From: Neocallimastix sp. 'constans'
Lineage: Eukaryota
Assembly (NCBI GenBank): GCA_050613775.1
Contig: JBODTK010000104.1
Location: 310,001 to 374,000 of the forward strand
Length of the DNA stretch: 64,000 nucleotides
Direction of reading: 5' to 3'
Position 1 is the first letter of the stretch. Each line of letters opens with the position of its first letter. The translations under genes and the position numbers were made by a program. Under the pieces are notes generated by a model. That model searched no databases. It saw only the letters and a list, made by a program, of their open reading frames with translations, and was not told where the DNA came from. Of the stretch, positions 40,218-64,000 are shown in pieces.

Positions 40218-40499
40218 AAACAATTATTTAAGTGTTAAATGGAATATATGCTCTATTAAAACAATTTTTTTACTAGTATTTTATATAGTTCTTTAAATAT
40301 TGACTCTATCATTTATATATATTTAATTTTCTGTAAATTATAAATTTTATTTTATATAATTTAATATATAATTGGATATTATTTTATATTTTTTATTTTT
40401 TATTTTTTTTATTGTTTACTATATTATATTAAATAATGAAATAGTTATTTTTATGTAAATAAGAAAATTAAATTTCTAATACAAGAAAAAAATAAAGAA

Positions 40500-40970
40500 A
40501 AAAGATAAAATAAAATAAAACAAAATAAAATATAATAAATACTAGAATATTGAATATAAATATAAAATACAGTTTGAATAAAATAAAATAAAATAAAGTA
40601 AAATAAAATATAATAAATAGTAGAATATTGAATATAAATATAGATACAGATTGAATAAAATAAAATAGTTGAAATATAAATATAAGTACAGATTGAATAA
40701 AATAAAACAAAATAAAATAAAATAAAATAAAATAAAATAAAATAAAATAAAATAAAACATAATATAATAAATAGTAGAATATTGAATATAAATATAGACA
40801 CAGATTGAATAAAATAAAATAAAATAAAATAAAATAAAATAAAATAAAATAAAATAAAATAAAATAAAATAAAATAAAATAAAATAAAATAAAATAAAAT
40901 AAAAATAAAAATAAAATAAAATAAAAATAAAAATAAAATAAAATAAAATAAAATAAAAATAAAAATAAAA
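40500..40970. repeat. Compound minisatellite: three to four copies of a ~50-nt core (AATAGTAGAATATTGAATATAAATATAGATACAGATTGAAT) interspersed with (AAAAT)n
   Basis: Core copies at ~40535, ~40615 and ~40770, with a partial copy at ~40670; long (AAAAT)n at 40810-40965. Confidence 0.85.
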
Positions 40971-41275
40971 AAAAAATAACAATAAAAACCAAAAGTAAAA
41001 TAACAATAAAACCAAAATTAAAATGTTTAGATAACAAAAGATGTAAATTTTATTTATATTCAGTCACTGCTTCCATTATAAAATTATTGTTTTTAGTTTT
41101 AATTTTTTATTTTTTTATGTTAATGTATTTCATATGAATAATAAATTTTATTTTCAATTTTTCTAAAAATTTAAATTAATAAACTTTCAACTTTTTGTTT
41201 TTATATGAAAAGTAATTTATTTTTTCATTTTCATTTTCATTTTTATTTTTTTTTTTTTTTTTTTTAATTCCTTTT

Positions 41276-41324
<49 letters not shown>

Positions 41325-41629
41325 TTAAAGTAATAGAGTTTTATTTTTGAGTTTCGCTTATAAACTTCAAAAATTTTATTTTTTAATAATCTAAGTATTT
41401 AAATTATAAATTATAAAAATTTAAATCATTATGATTTATAATGATTACAATAATTCCATAGAAATAATAAGGTAAAGCAAAATTACAAATTATATATATA
41501 CGATAATTTTATTTTTTTATGTAATTAACAAGTAGAGAATTAAATAAAAAATAAAGAAATTTTTATTAAATTTTTACTTTAACTATTTTAAAAAAAAAAA
41601 AAAAAAATTATATGATTATTCTTTTATTA

Positions 41630-41689
<60 letters not shown>

Positions 41690-41940
41690 TAATTAAATAA
41701 TTATATACACTAAAATTATTTTTTTTTTTTTACCTTCGGTTTATATATAGAAAAAATATAAATATATATTTATAAACTTCGATATAATATATATATATAA
41801 ATATATATATATATCTTTTTGATATTATATATCGATTATCTATATTAATTATATATATATCTTTTGATATAATCTATTGATATATATATATATTTTTTAT
41901 TTTTTTTGTCATTTTGTTTTTACATTAGAAGTAGTAAAGC

Positions 41941-52962
<11,022 letters not shown>

Positions 52963-53599
52963 TCATTAAAACTTAACTAAAACTGTAAAATATTATTATA
53001 TATAAAAAGAGTAATAATAATAATAATAATAATAATAATTTATATTTAATAATGCAAATATGTATAGTTATATAATAAAACAAATATTTTTTAAAAAAAA
53101 AAAGAAAAAAAAATTTTTTTTTCTTAAATATCAATAAATATAAAAATATAGCATTAGGTTTTTTTTTTTTTCTTTATTTATAATAAAAAAAAAAAAAAGA
53201 AAGAAAGAGAGAAACCTCCATCTATTTAATATTTATTTAACATTTATTATATATATTAAATTTTTTCTTTTTTTATTTAAATAAATTACATTAATAAATA
53301 TATATAGTAGATAAATGAACAAGCTATAATTATAATTAAATAAATTATAAACAAAATATTTATAAAAAATAAATAATTAAAATAATAACAAAAAAAAAAA
53401 AAAAAAGAAAAAAGAAAAAAAAAATAAAAATAAAAATAAAATAAAATAAAATAAAATAAAAAATATTAAAGTTAACATAATAAATTTAAAATTATATTGA
53501 TCATTCCATTTTTTTGAGATTATTTTTACTAAAAATACTTTGTAAAAACAAAATTAATGTTGTAAATTATATCAATAATTAATTTTTTTTCTCTCTAAT

Positions 53600-53639
<40 letters not shown>

Positions 53640-53860
53640 ATTATCAAAAGATCAAATTTAATTGTATCAGTATTTGTTTGATGTGTATATATATAAAGGT
53701 CTATTTGAATTAATATTTAATTAGTAGTAATTATATGTATTAAATAGATAATTATATTTTTATGTATTACATTTTTTTTAAAAAAAAAAAAAACATTATA
53801 TAAATTAAAGATAAAAATAAAATATATATAAAAGATAAAGTAAAATGAAAAATAATAAAA

Positions 53861-54403
53861 AAATTAATTAAGCATACGAAAATTTAATGTAATAAAAAAT
53901 AAGTTCAGGGGTTAAAAAAAAAAAATTTCGGTGTAAAGTATACAATGTGTGGTAACATGATCACCATTTAAATATAACATAATAAAACAAAGAAGTAACA
54001 TCTTTTAAAATAGATAGTGTGGTGTCCACACTAAATTTTCCTCTGAAAATACAGAAAGATTCTCATTAAGAGAATTGCTCTCTGTAGATTCTGTGAGAGG
54101 AATTAGACTGTTAGTGTTTGTGTTTGAAGTCTATGTAATAGGATTAAAAATAGTATTTTTCCTAAGCCATATCGATGAAAAGTTTTCCTTGAAAATAAAT
54201 TTTTTACTATTATCGATTTCTTGGAGGCAGACACATATTAGTTTGAATATTGAGTTCATGTAAATTACACCATCCTTTTTATTTTTTATTTTTTATTTTT
54301 TATTTTTTTTTTTGGAGTTCCAGCCATTGAATATTCCAATTCGCCCAAAAATTAAAAAATAAAAAAAAAAAAAAAAATGAAAAAATGAGGGATTGAGATG
54401 ACA

Positions 54404-54447
<44 letters not shown>

Positions 54448-55135
54448 TTGACATTGGATAAAGAATAACTTCAGAGCAATGTTTCCATCGAGGATTACTA
54501 TTTTTTCTATAACAACAAGGACACCCTAGTTAAGTTCTTTAGAAACACAATAAAGGGAAGTAAAGCTATTCCCATTAAAAAATCTTTCAACCCCTGTATA
54601 ATCCTAAAATTAACTAGTATTCTATGTATTTCTCGTCCTTTCTTTATTCGATCCAAGTAAAGAGGTGCATAATATGAAACTTGTCCTATTATTATAAAAT
54701 AGCATTCGTTTATAAGGGATAGAAATATGAGGATTTTTAAGAAATCCTTTAAAGGAAGAAAGTGTTTTTTCTAACTTTATTATTCATTCTCTGTAGGATA
54801 GGTTTTAATTCTAAATCATTTGAAAAAAGATACACCTAAGTAGGTATATTCATTTCGTTTTAGGTAACTCTTGACTTGATAAATAAAAAGTAGGGTTATT
54901 ATTATTAAGAAATCTTGAAACTTCCCCTCGTACTACTAAACTTGAACATTTATTGATACAAAATTGTATTTCATTATTAATAGTCCATTTACTGGCTAAT
55001 TTTAACAATTTCTTTAGTTGAGATCTTGTTGGAACACGTAACATAATGTCATCTGCAAAGAGACCTCCACAACAACAATTATTACCAATAGCGATTCCAT
55101 ATTTATTACATTTATTAAAAAATGTCATTAATGAA
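53861..55135 (-). mobile_element. Decayed LINE relics: RT catalytic region, endonuclease-like fragment and shared 3' UTR-like segment
   Basis: CCGGLFADD..LKKLL....KW...NEIQF.INKC (54850-55128), followed by YTYLGVSFSNDL; ICVCLQE (~54220-54240) resembles the APE 'I.CLQET' motif; ~150-bp match to 20034-20178. Confidence 0.85.
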
Positions 55136-55602
55136 CAAGTTGTCTACCACTCATCTACCAAGAAGGAAAATATAGACTAGGAAATAGTATATATGAATAT
55201 ACATATAAATATTATATAAAATCAAAAACCCTTTCTAAATGCAAATTAAAAAATATTATATATAGATAAATAGATACATATGTATAAAAATTTATATTTT
55301 ATGATTAAAACATAAAAATAGAAAATCAGATTAGAATAAAAAAAAAAACAAAATAAAATAAAATTAACAAAAACTACAATAACAAAAATTACATTAATAC
55401 TAATACCTTCTTATTAAATATAAATATCAATCCTCTCTCTCTCATATAAAATAATTTTCTATTATTGAATAATAATGATCAGAAAATAATAACATAAAAA
55501 TAAAAACTAAAAAAAAAGTAATAAAAAAAAAATAAAATAAAATAAAATAAAATAAAATAAAATAAAATAAAATAAAATAAAATAAAATAAAATAAAATAA
55601 AA

Positions 55603-55633
<31 letters not shown>

Positions 55634-56262
55634 AAATGTTTTATCTTTTTATATATAAAAATTAAAATGAATTAAAAAAAAATAAATAAATAAATAAATA
55701 ATAAATAAATAAATAAATTAAATAAAATTTAAACAAAAACAATTAAAGTGATTTATATATTACTCATAAGATATGTTTTTTATTAATTATTTCATTATTA
55801 ATAATTTTTTTTTTTTTTTTTTTTTTTTTTGTATATTATTTTGCTTTATTCATAGGAATGGCAATGCCATTTCATTTTAAATAAAGCCTACAAATATCTT
55901 TAATATTATTTTTGGTTTTGGTTTTTGGTGTTTTAATTCTTAATTTATTAGGGTTTTTTTTGTTTGCTAATTTATTTATTTTAGCTTTTGATTTAGTTTT
56001 GGTATTATTTTACCTTTGTTTTTGTTATTTTTCCTAATGTATTACTGTTCCTTATGAATATATACAAATTTAGTTTATATAACTAAAATAGGGGTTAATG
56101 CATAATATATAAGTTTAATTTATATCTAAATGCACCTAAGTTGATAAAATATTTAATTTTATATACAATATTTACTATAATTTAGGATAATAATATTTTA
56201 ATTTAAAAATAAAAAAAAAAAAAAATCTTTTTATATATAAATATATTTACATAAACATATTT

Positions 56263-56303
<41 letters not shown>

Positions 56304-56638
56304 GATGTTAAAGATATTTGTGAATTTCTTAAATAATAATATATAAATTAATTATGATTATTAATATTGTTATTTTTATTTTAACTTCAAATAACTACAT
56401 TTAGATAGATAATACATTAGAATTAATAACTATTTTTTTTTATTCTTATTTTTCAATAATTATTACTAATAGTTATTATTATATTCATATAGTTAATAAT
56501 AAGGATAGAAAAAATAAATGCTTTTATTATAAATATTATATGTCATTAAATATTTATAAATAAAAAAAAAGTTAAATATAATGATGGAACGAATTAGATA
56601 TACTTATGACTTAAATAGAGATGTGAATTTTTTTTTTT

Positions 56639-58333
56639 TTAAATTAAATAATTATCACTTTCACTATTTATTCTTCCAAGACGATTTCTATTTTGTTGAA
56701 GGAATATTGGATATATTGAGAAATACATTGCTTCAACTACTTCATTTTTTGCCTTATCAAAAATACCAACGGTAGGGAAATTATCTAATTCATGATCAAT
56801 TTTTTCTACAGTACTAGCCCTTAGATTAACTTTAGATTGACCTTCCTCATGAATAAATGTATAATAAAAGGTATCAAAATAGGGTTGTAACTGAGGTAAT
56901 ATAGGAAGATTAGGATTGTAAGATCCATCCTCAACAACACTTGATATACTTTCACTTTGAGATGGCGTATACATTAGATCTTCCAATGAGAATAAAGGAT
57001 AATACTCTATATCTTTATCGGCTATATCAACATCATTAAAACGATTTACGACATGATCCACCATCTTATGTAAAATACAATAGTTTTCCCAGAATAATAT
57101 ATTTTCAACTGAAAATTCTTGGATAGCTATTGATTTTAATTCTTCAACTAAACTTTGCTGTTTCAATACCTTCTTAAAGAATTCTAAAGAATGCATTGAA
57201 TCATTTACATTTTTCTTATTAAAACGTTCAATTTTAATACATTGAATTAATGGTATAATTACTGAAGATAACTGAATATATAATCCAATAATAACAAAGA
57301 AGAGTATACCTCTCTTAGAACGTAAATAAAGTTGATGAATAGTAGTAATACCATTATCTTTTCCATCCTTGTGTAATGAGATGATATCCTTCATTTTAAA
57401 TTTAAAGTAGAAATAAAAAATACCAACTATTATACTAATAATAGCACTACTGAAACAATCAAATTTAAAACCAAACTTTTGATTATCAGTAATTTCTGTA
57501 AAGGTAAAAATAGATGCTATGACCAAGCAAACAATAATGAATAAAACGCTTAATACTTCTGGAATTAAAAACATATTATGCATGAATGAAAATGTACTAA
57601 CATATTTCTTATCAATTCCTTCAACCAAAGTAGCATTTTTGGCTAATTTATCCATATAACATTTACCATACATTTCACTATTGATTCTAGCATTAATATC
57701 AACAGGGGTAGTTCCACAAACAGGACCAAAGTCTTTATGATCAAGATTAGCTTTAAGATGGAATCCTCCTGATATTATTGCAACAAATAATACTAATAAT
57801 GGTATTGAAACTTTAATAAGTCTATTATTTACAAGTTTATACATGGATCTGAAATATTTATTTGGTTCCTGGAGTTTCACATTCTTTTTAGTAAATCTTT
57901 CTTCGCTAAGAATGGTAACCTTAAAAATATTTAATTTATATAAAAGTATTAATCTGAAAGCACGGAATACATAACATATTTGCATTATAAATGTTGCTAT
58001 TGTCGCTGAATAATACGTATATGAACATGATAATTTCATTATATTAGTTGCCGAATTACTAGAAGTACATATAAAATTAGCAATTCCACCAATAAAAGTA
58101 AGTATAAAATTTCTTTGTTTAAAAATATACCAATTTCTGTACTTTATTATCCATAACAATGGTATGAAATAATATAAAATTCCTATTACTCCCAAAACAG
58201 TATAAAATTTACCACTTTTTGTTTCTAAACCGATAAACTTTCCTTCAGATCCATCATATTTTTCATTTACATAATTGCGATATTCGTATTTGGAATCATC
58301 AATACAAGTGTCTCGAGTAATTTCGCTTGCCAT
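56639..58333 (-). CDS. 7-transmembrane receptor fused to a C-terminal RGS domain (GprK/AtRGS1-like architecture), intronless, 564 aa
   Basis: Seven hydrophobic segments, then RGS hallmarks QEFSVENILFW, TFI......VNL, IFDKAKNEVVEAMYFSIYPIFL. Confidence 0.88.
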   Translation of the reverse strand: MASEITRDTCIDDSKYEYRNYVNEKYDGSEGKFIGLETKSGKFYTVLGVIGILYYFIPLLWIIKYRNWYIFKQRNFILTFIGGIANFICTSSNSATNIMKLSCSYTYYSATIATFIMQICYVFRAFRLILLYKLNIFKVTILSEERFTKKNVKLQEPNKYFRSMYKLVNNRLIKVSIPLLVLFVAIISGGFHLKANLDHKDFGPVCGTTPVDINARINSEMYGKCYMDKLAKNATLVEGIDKKYVSTFSFMHNMFLIPEVLSVLFIIVCLVIASIFTFTEITDNQKFGFKFDCFSSAIISIIVGIFYFYFKFKMKDIISLHKDGKDNGITTIHQLYLRSKRGILFFVIIGLYIQLSSVIIPLIQCIKIERFNKKNVNDSMHSLEFFKKVLKQQSLVEELKSIAIQEFSVENILFWENYCILHKMVDHVVNRFNDVDIADKDIEYYPLFSLEDLMYTPSQSESISSVVEDGSYNPNLPILPQLQPYFDTFYYTFIHEEGQSKVNLRASTVEKIDHELDNFPTVGIFDKAKNEVVEAMYFSIYPIFLQQNRNRLGRINSESDNYLI

Positions 58334-59767
58334 GTTTTTTTTTTATTTTTTCTCCCAATAAAATAAAATTATTATTATATTCTTATAATATATGGTTTTG
58401 CTTTAAATTTAATCTTAAATTTTTGTTTATTAATATAAATATATGTTATTGATAATTTAATTGAATTTAATTTATATATGATTATTTATAATTAATAGTA
58501 TTTATAACTAGAGTATTTATTTTAAACTCTGGTTAACAATTACTTTATAATTATTATAATATTTTTAAAATTTTATTAAATATTGAAATATTTTATATTA
58601 TATTATTTATTACTTCAATAGTGTCAATTTGTTTTATTTATTTTGATTGAATTAGTTCTTTTTTTCAAACTATTTCAATTAAATTATATATTATATACTT
58701 TTAATAAAAAATATTTTTTATTATATACATATTATAAATATAAGATTTAATAAAAGCTATGTAAATATTTATACATATAAATCAATTTATAAAAATGAAT
58801 AATAATATTTTTTTTATTATTAAGGAAAAAAATTATATATATATATATATAGCAAAGTATTTTATTAAAATAGTTTGCTTTTATTGTTTTTTTTTTTTTT
58901 TTAAAAAAAAATATATATATGTATATTCTTTAATTTAAACACATTAAAAATGGTATAATATTAATTTTAATTTATTATTTTGAAAAAAAAAATGAAGTAT
59001 TTAACTTTTTGAATTTCCTCTCTCCTTATATAACTTCTTTATTGAAAAAAAAAATTAAATTTTACAAAATAATAATTACGCATTCAATAAAGGATAATAA
59101 TTATAATTTTTCTTATTTTCTTTTTTCTTTTCAACAATCTTTAATTATTTTCCTTATATTGACCTATTCACTTTATAATTACTATTATTTTTCACCTATT
59201 ACTTATTATCTTGTTAACTTTTTTTTTTGCGAATAAATTTCTTAAGACAATTCATCCTTTTATATAAGAAAAAAAAATTAATACAAAAAAAATTAAATAA
59301 TAAAAAAAAAGCTAAGTATTGTTTTATAAATTAATTATTATAATTAAAGTTTATTTATTTATATTAATATTAATTTCTAATTAAAAACTTTATTTACTAA
59401 TATTTATTATACCTTGTCATAATTCAGAAAAGTTAAAATTATTAAATTTTATATATATTCAAATATAATGTAATATATATAAAAAAGTTTGTATTACCAA
59501 AATTTTGGTTTAAAAAAAGAATAATGATAGAAACCTTTTTTCTATATATATTGAATATTAATTAAAATTTAGAATTGAATATTTAAACTTGTATTAATAA
59601 AAATAAAGAGTATATATAATTTAAATGAATGAATAACTAAATTAATAAATAAATGAGTTAATAATTAATTGAATAAGTAAATGAATAAGTAAATAAAAAA
59701 TAATAAAAAATAATTAAATAAGTAAAAAAGATTAATTACAAAATTGAAAAAGTAAATAGAATACAGA

Positions 59768-59835
<68 letters not shown>

Positions 59836-60449
59836 TGAATACAAAATAGGAATGAATATACTGATATGAAATATAAAAAATAAAAAAAATAAAAAAAAAT
59901 AAAAAAAAATAAAATAAAAATAAAATAAAAATACATAAATTAAAAGAATACATAAATTAAAAAAAAGTTATATAATAAAATAAAATAAATAATGAAAGTA
60001 TAAAGTATAGATTGAAGAACATTAAAATAAAATAAAATAAATATTATTAAATAATATGTTATCAAATATTAATTATCAAATTGACAGACTGACAATAAAA
60101 ATATTAAGAAAAGTATCAATTCTATTTAAATAAAAAATACATTTTACTTTCAAATCAGTATCTATACTTATAATAAAATATGTTTTATTTCTTATCTAAA
60201 ATATTAATAAATATTATGTGTATGATTTTATCTATTTTGAACACATTTCATTTCATGGTATATAAAAAATATAATAAAAAGATTAACATAAACTTCATAA
60301 AAAAGATAATTCACTTTTAAAAATAAAATATATATATGTATAATAATCATTTAATTAACCATTTTATTTTATTTTTTTTTCTTCCTATCAATTATTATTT
60401 ACTATTATCTATTATTATAAATATCAATTATTCAATTATTCAATTATTC

Positions 60450-60745
60450 AATTATTTATTTATTATTTATTATTTATTATTTATTATTTATTATTTATTA
60501 TTTATTATTTATTATTTATTATTTATTATTTATTATTTATTATTTATTATTTATTATTTATTATTTATTATTTATTATTTATTATTTATTATTTATTATT
60601 TATTATTTATTATTATTTATTATTTATTATTTATTATTTATTATTTATTATTTATTATTTATTATTTATTATTTATTATTTATTATTTATTATTTATTAT
60701 TCAATTATTTATTATTATTTATTATTTATTATTCAATTATTTATT
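60450..60745. repeat. Heptamer satellite (TTATTTA)n, reverse orientation of the 25.5 kb array
   Basis: Visible tandem array; source of spurious ORF 60336..60767. Confidence 0.95.
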
Positions 60746-61559
60746 ATTATTTATTATATATTATTAATTAAAACTTTAATTAATTAAAAATATCAATTTT
60801 AATTAAATTTTCATATAAAAAATTACAGATGAAATATTTAAAATATACAAATATAATATATGAATTATTGAAAATATAAATTTATATTTAAAAAAAAATA
60901 AAAAAAAATTCAGTCTTCGTTTTTGTTTTTCTAACATTTATAAATATATATATATATTATTCTATTAAAAGCAATAAAGATAAAAAGATTAGTTCTTTTT
61001 CATAAGAATAAAATAAAAAAAAAGAATAAAATAATTGATATTCATAATAATTATAATATCTTAATCAGTTGTAATAATAATGGTTTAATCTGTTTTTTTT
61101 TTATCATTGTTATTAATCTTATAGATATATATATTTAAATCATTAGTACAAATAAATATCGATTGTATTTTTATTTAAAGCTTTAATAAATATTTATTAT
61201 TATATATTTATTACTATCAATATTATTATTATTATTGTTATTATTATTATTTAATAATAATATTCACTGCTAATTAAAATTTCCAATCCATCTACTAATT
61301 ATTAAAAAATATTGTTATTAAATTAGGGCACTCTGTTCTAAAATTAATGATAAACAATATAAAGTTTAATATAGTTTGATACAATAACAATAAATCTTTT
61401 TTTTTTTTTTTTTAATTATTAATTATTTCAAATAGATTTTTTTTTTTTTTAATATATAAGATCTGGTATTCATTAATAAATATTAAATATTTTTTGTTAT
61501 TATTATATTTATATATATATAATTACTCCATAATTATATATATATTTAATTATTCTTTG

Positions 61560-61840
61560 CTATTCATTATTTAATATTTTATATTTATTATTTATTATTT
61601 ATTAGTTATTATTTAATATTCAATTATTTATTATTTATTATTTATTATTCAATTATTTATTATTTATTATTCATTATTTAATATTTTATATTTATTATTT
61701 ATTATTTATTATTTATTATTTATTATTTATTATTTATTATTTATTATTCATTATTTATTATTTATTAATAAATACTCTTATTATTCAATTATTCAATTAT
61801 TCAACTATTTAATTATTTATTATTCCATTATTTATTATTT
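61560..61840. repeat. Heptamer satellite (TTATTTA)n with variants
   Basis: Visible tandem array. Confidence 0.9.
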
Positions 61841-62927
61841 AATTCTTAAATAAATCTAATCTATACATGCTTATCAATATAAAAGCCAAATAATATTAAG
61901 ATCGTCCCTCTCCAAATTTTTAATTAAATCTATTTACTATTATTCCTTTCAATAGAATAGTTATTCTTATCATCATCCTGAAGTTTGTGATTGAATGTTT
62001 TTTTTTTATTTCATTGACAAACAATGAAAAAAAGTTTTTTTATTATGAAATAAGGTTTAATTAAATTAAATTAAATTAAAATGTATTAATTTGAACAATT
62101 TAATATAGATAAAAAGAGAAATAAAAATTTTTTTTTAATTTTTTCATTCATTGTAGAAAGCATTAAATAATATATAATATATAATATATATTATATATTA
62201 TATGTAATTATGAAATATATAATATAAATATATAATATAAATATATGAAATATTGTAATATATAATAAATAATATAAAGAATAAATATAGGTATAATTAT
62301 ATAATACATAACATATATAGATGTAATTATATAATAATAATAATAATAAAAATTTATATATAAATAGTTGAAATGAATATTTTATTTTTTTCTTTTCTAT
62401 ATCATATATTATTTGAATTAATATATATATTATATATTATATATTACATTTACTATTATATTTAATATTGTAATAATTTATTTAAAATATTAATTTTATA
62501 CTATACTACACATATAATCTATTATATATAATCTATAAAATATTATTTATATATAATCTGTAAAATATTATTTAATAATTAATATAAATATAATGAAATG
62601 AAAATTGTAACCAATACATTTAATATGAAATCATTTAATTTCAAAATTTTAAAAAAAGTTTTTTTTTTTTTTTTTTTTTTTATTATTTGTTATGATTATT
62701 TTTAGATATATTTATTATTCTATCTTAATTATAAATTATTATTTCTTATTATATTTATTTATTAAATCTTAGATATATTTTATTATTTCTTATTATGGTA
62801 TAATATATATATGTTTTTTAGATTTTTTTTCTCTTCTTTATTCTTCTTTTATGAGAAATTAATCATAATTTGAGAAATTCAAGTAATGATAAATAATATA
62901 AAAGCAAATTAATTGAAAGAGTTCAGA

Positions 62928-62962
<35 letters not shown>

Positions 62963-63696
62963 GAATAAACTATAAATTTCAAACATTAAATTTTATTTCT
63001 ATATTATATCAAATAAATGAATAAATAGATAAAAAAGAACTTTAATTCTTAATTATATTAATATAAATATAATAAAAATATAATAAAAAATATAAATAAA
63101 TATATATTTCTATATCTATGTATAAACCAAATTTATTGTTAAATTGGGATGATAAAAATAATTAAAAATATTGAAGCTTTCTTACTTTTAGGATACATAT
63201 TTGTTAATCTTTTTTTTTTTATTTTATTTTATTTTATTTATTTAAAGTAAATTTAATATATATATAAACCATACAAATATATATGCATAAAAAAGATATT
63301 AAGGCATAGTTAGAATCAAAAGAAAATGGCATTGTCACTGATATTTCAAATTTTTTTTTTTTTTTTTTTTATTTGTTAATTAAAGATTTTATTAATATAT
63401 GTTTTGTGAAAGTAGAATAAAAATAATAATAATAGTATTATTTAGGTTAGTTGAATTCTATACTTTAGATATTTATCAATTTAGGTTGGCAGGAATTTCG
63501 TTATATTTAAAAAATTTATTTTAAAATTTAAAGATATTAAAAATAATGTTCAATAATTGAACTTTATTATTTTATATTATTTTCTTTAATAAAGAAGAAG
63601 ATAGGTATAGAAAATAATAATAATTTTCTATTACAAAATTTTATTCTATCATGGAAATAAAACCTTTTTTTTAAATATATTTCTAAAACAATATTA

Positions 63697-63738
<42 letters not shown>

Positions 63739-64000
63739 TATCATATATTGAAATATTTAATATTTCCATGTTTCTATAATCAATAACTTTTATAAATTAA
63801 ACATTATTATATAATTTTTGATATTTTTTTTTATTTTAAAAATTCCTATTATATTGTATACTATATTATTTATTTATGATGAATTATTATTATATTAATA
63901 ATATAATAATTATTATTTTTTAATATTAATTATTTACTTTTTTGCTTGTTTGTTTAATTGCTTGCTTGTTTGTTTGTTTATTTTAGGTTTTTAATTACTG

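Noticed and set aside
40500..40970. CRISPR-like repeat-spacer pattern
   Set aside because: The 'spacers' are (AAAAT)n runs, the context is eukaryotic and there are no cas genes; it is a minisatellite.
58400..64000. Hidden genes or RNA genes in the long AT-rich tail (also 15.8-18.6 kb)
   Set aside because: I found no exon chain with a consistent frame and no tRNA- or rRNA-like sequence by eye; very short exons cannot be fully excluded.

Overview
Eukaryotic, extremely AT-rich, intron-rich genomic DNA. The microsatellite-laden intergenic spacers, decayed non-LTR retroelements and a stand-alone NuoF gene with an 'MLA..' presequence point to an anaerobic gut fungus (Neocallimastigomycota); this is inferred, not confirmed. 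Most short ORFs in the supplied track are low-complexity artefacts, so I rebuilt spliced gene models by eye from GT..AG sites and frame continuity. Genes, left to right: 3' part of a probable condensin CAP-G/Ycg1 (+), BLCAP/BC10 (+), At4g15545/NAIP-like protein (-), three-HMG-box protein (-), Vps55 (-), complex I 51 kDa subunit NuoF (-), ADAL/N6-mAMP deaminase (-), UBE2S (+), intronless ankyrin-repeat protein (-), a ~2715-aa coiled-coil/Asn-rich/LRR protein (+) and an intronless 7TM-RGS receptor (-). LINE relics lie near 12.5-13, 18.7-21.7 and 53.9-55.1 kb. Highlights: a single-nucleotide exon (15552) that restores the Vps55 reading frame; ten consecutive 69-nt same-phase exons each encoding one LRR; 3' splice sites preceded by poly(A) tracts; non-bifurcating-type signatures in NuoF. 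Family assignments come from remembered motifs, not database searches.
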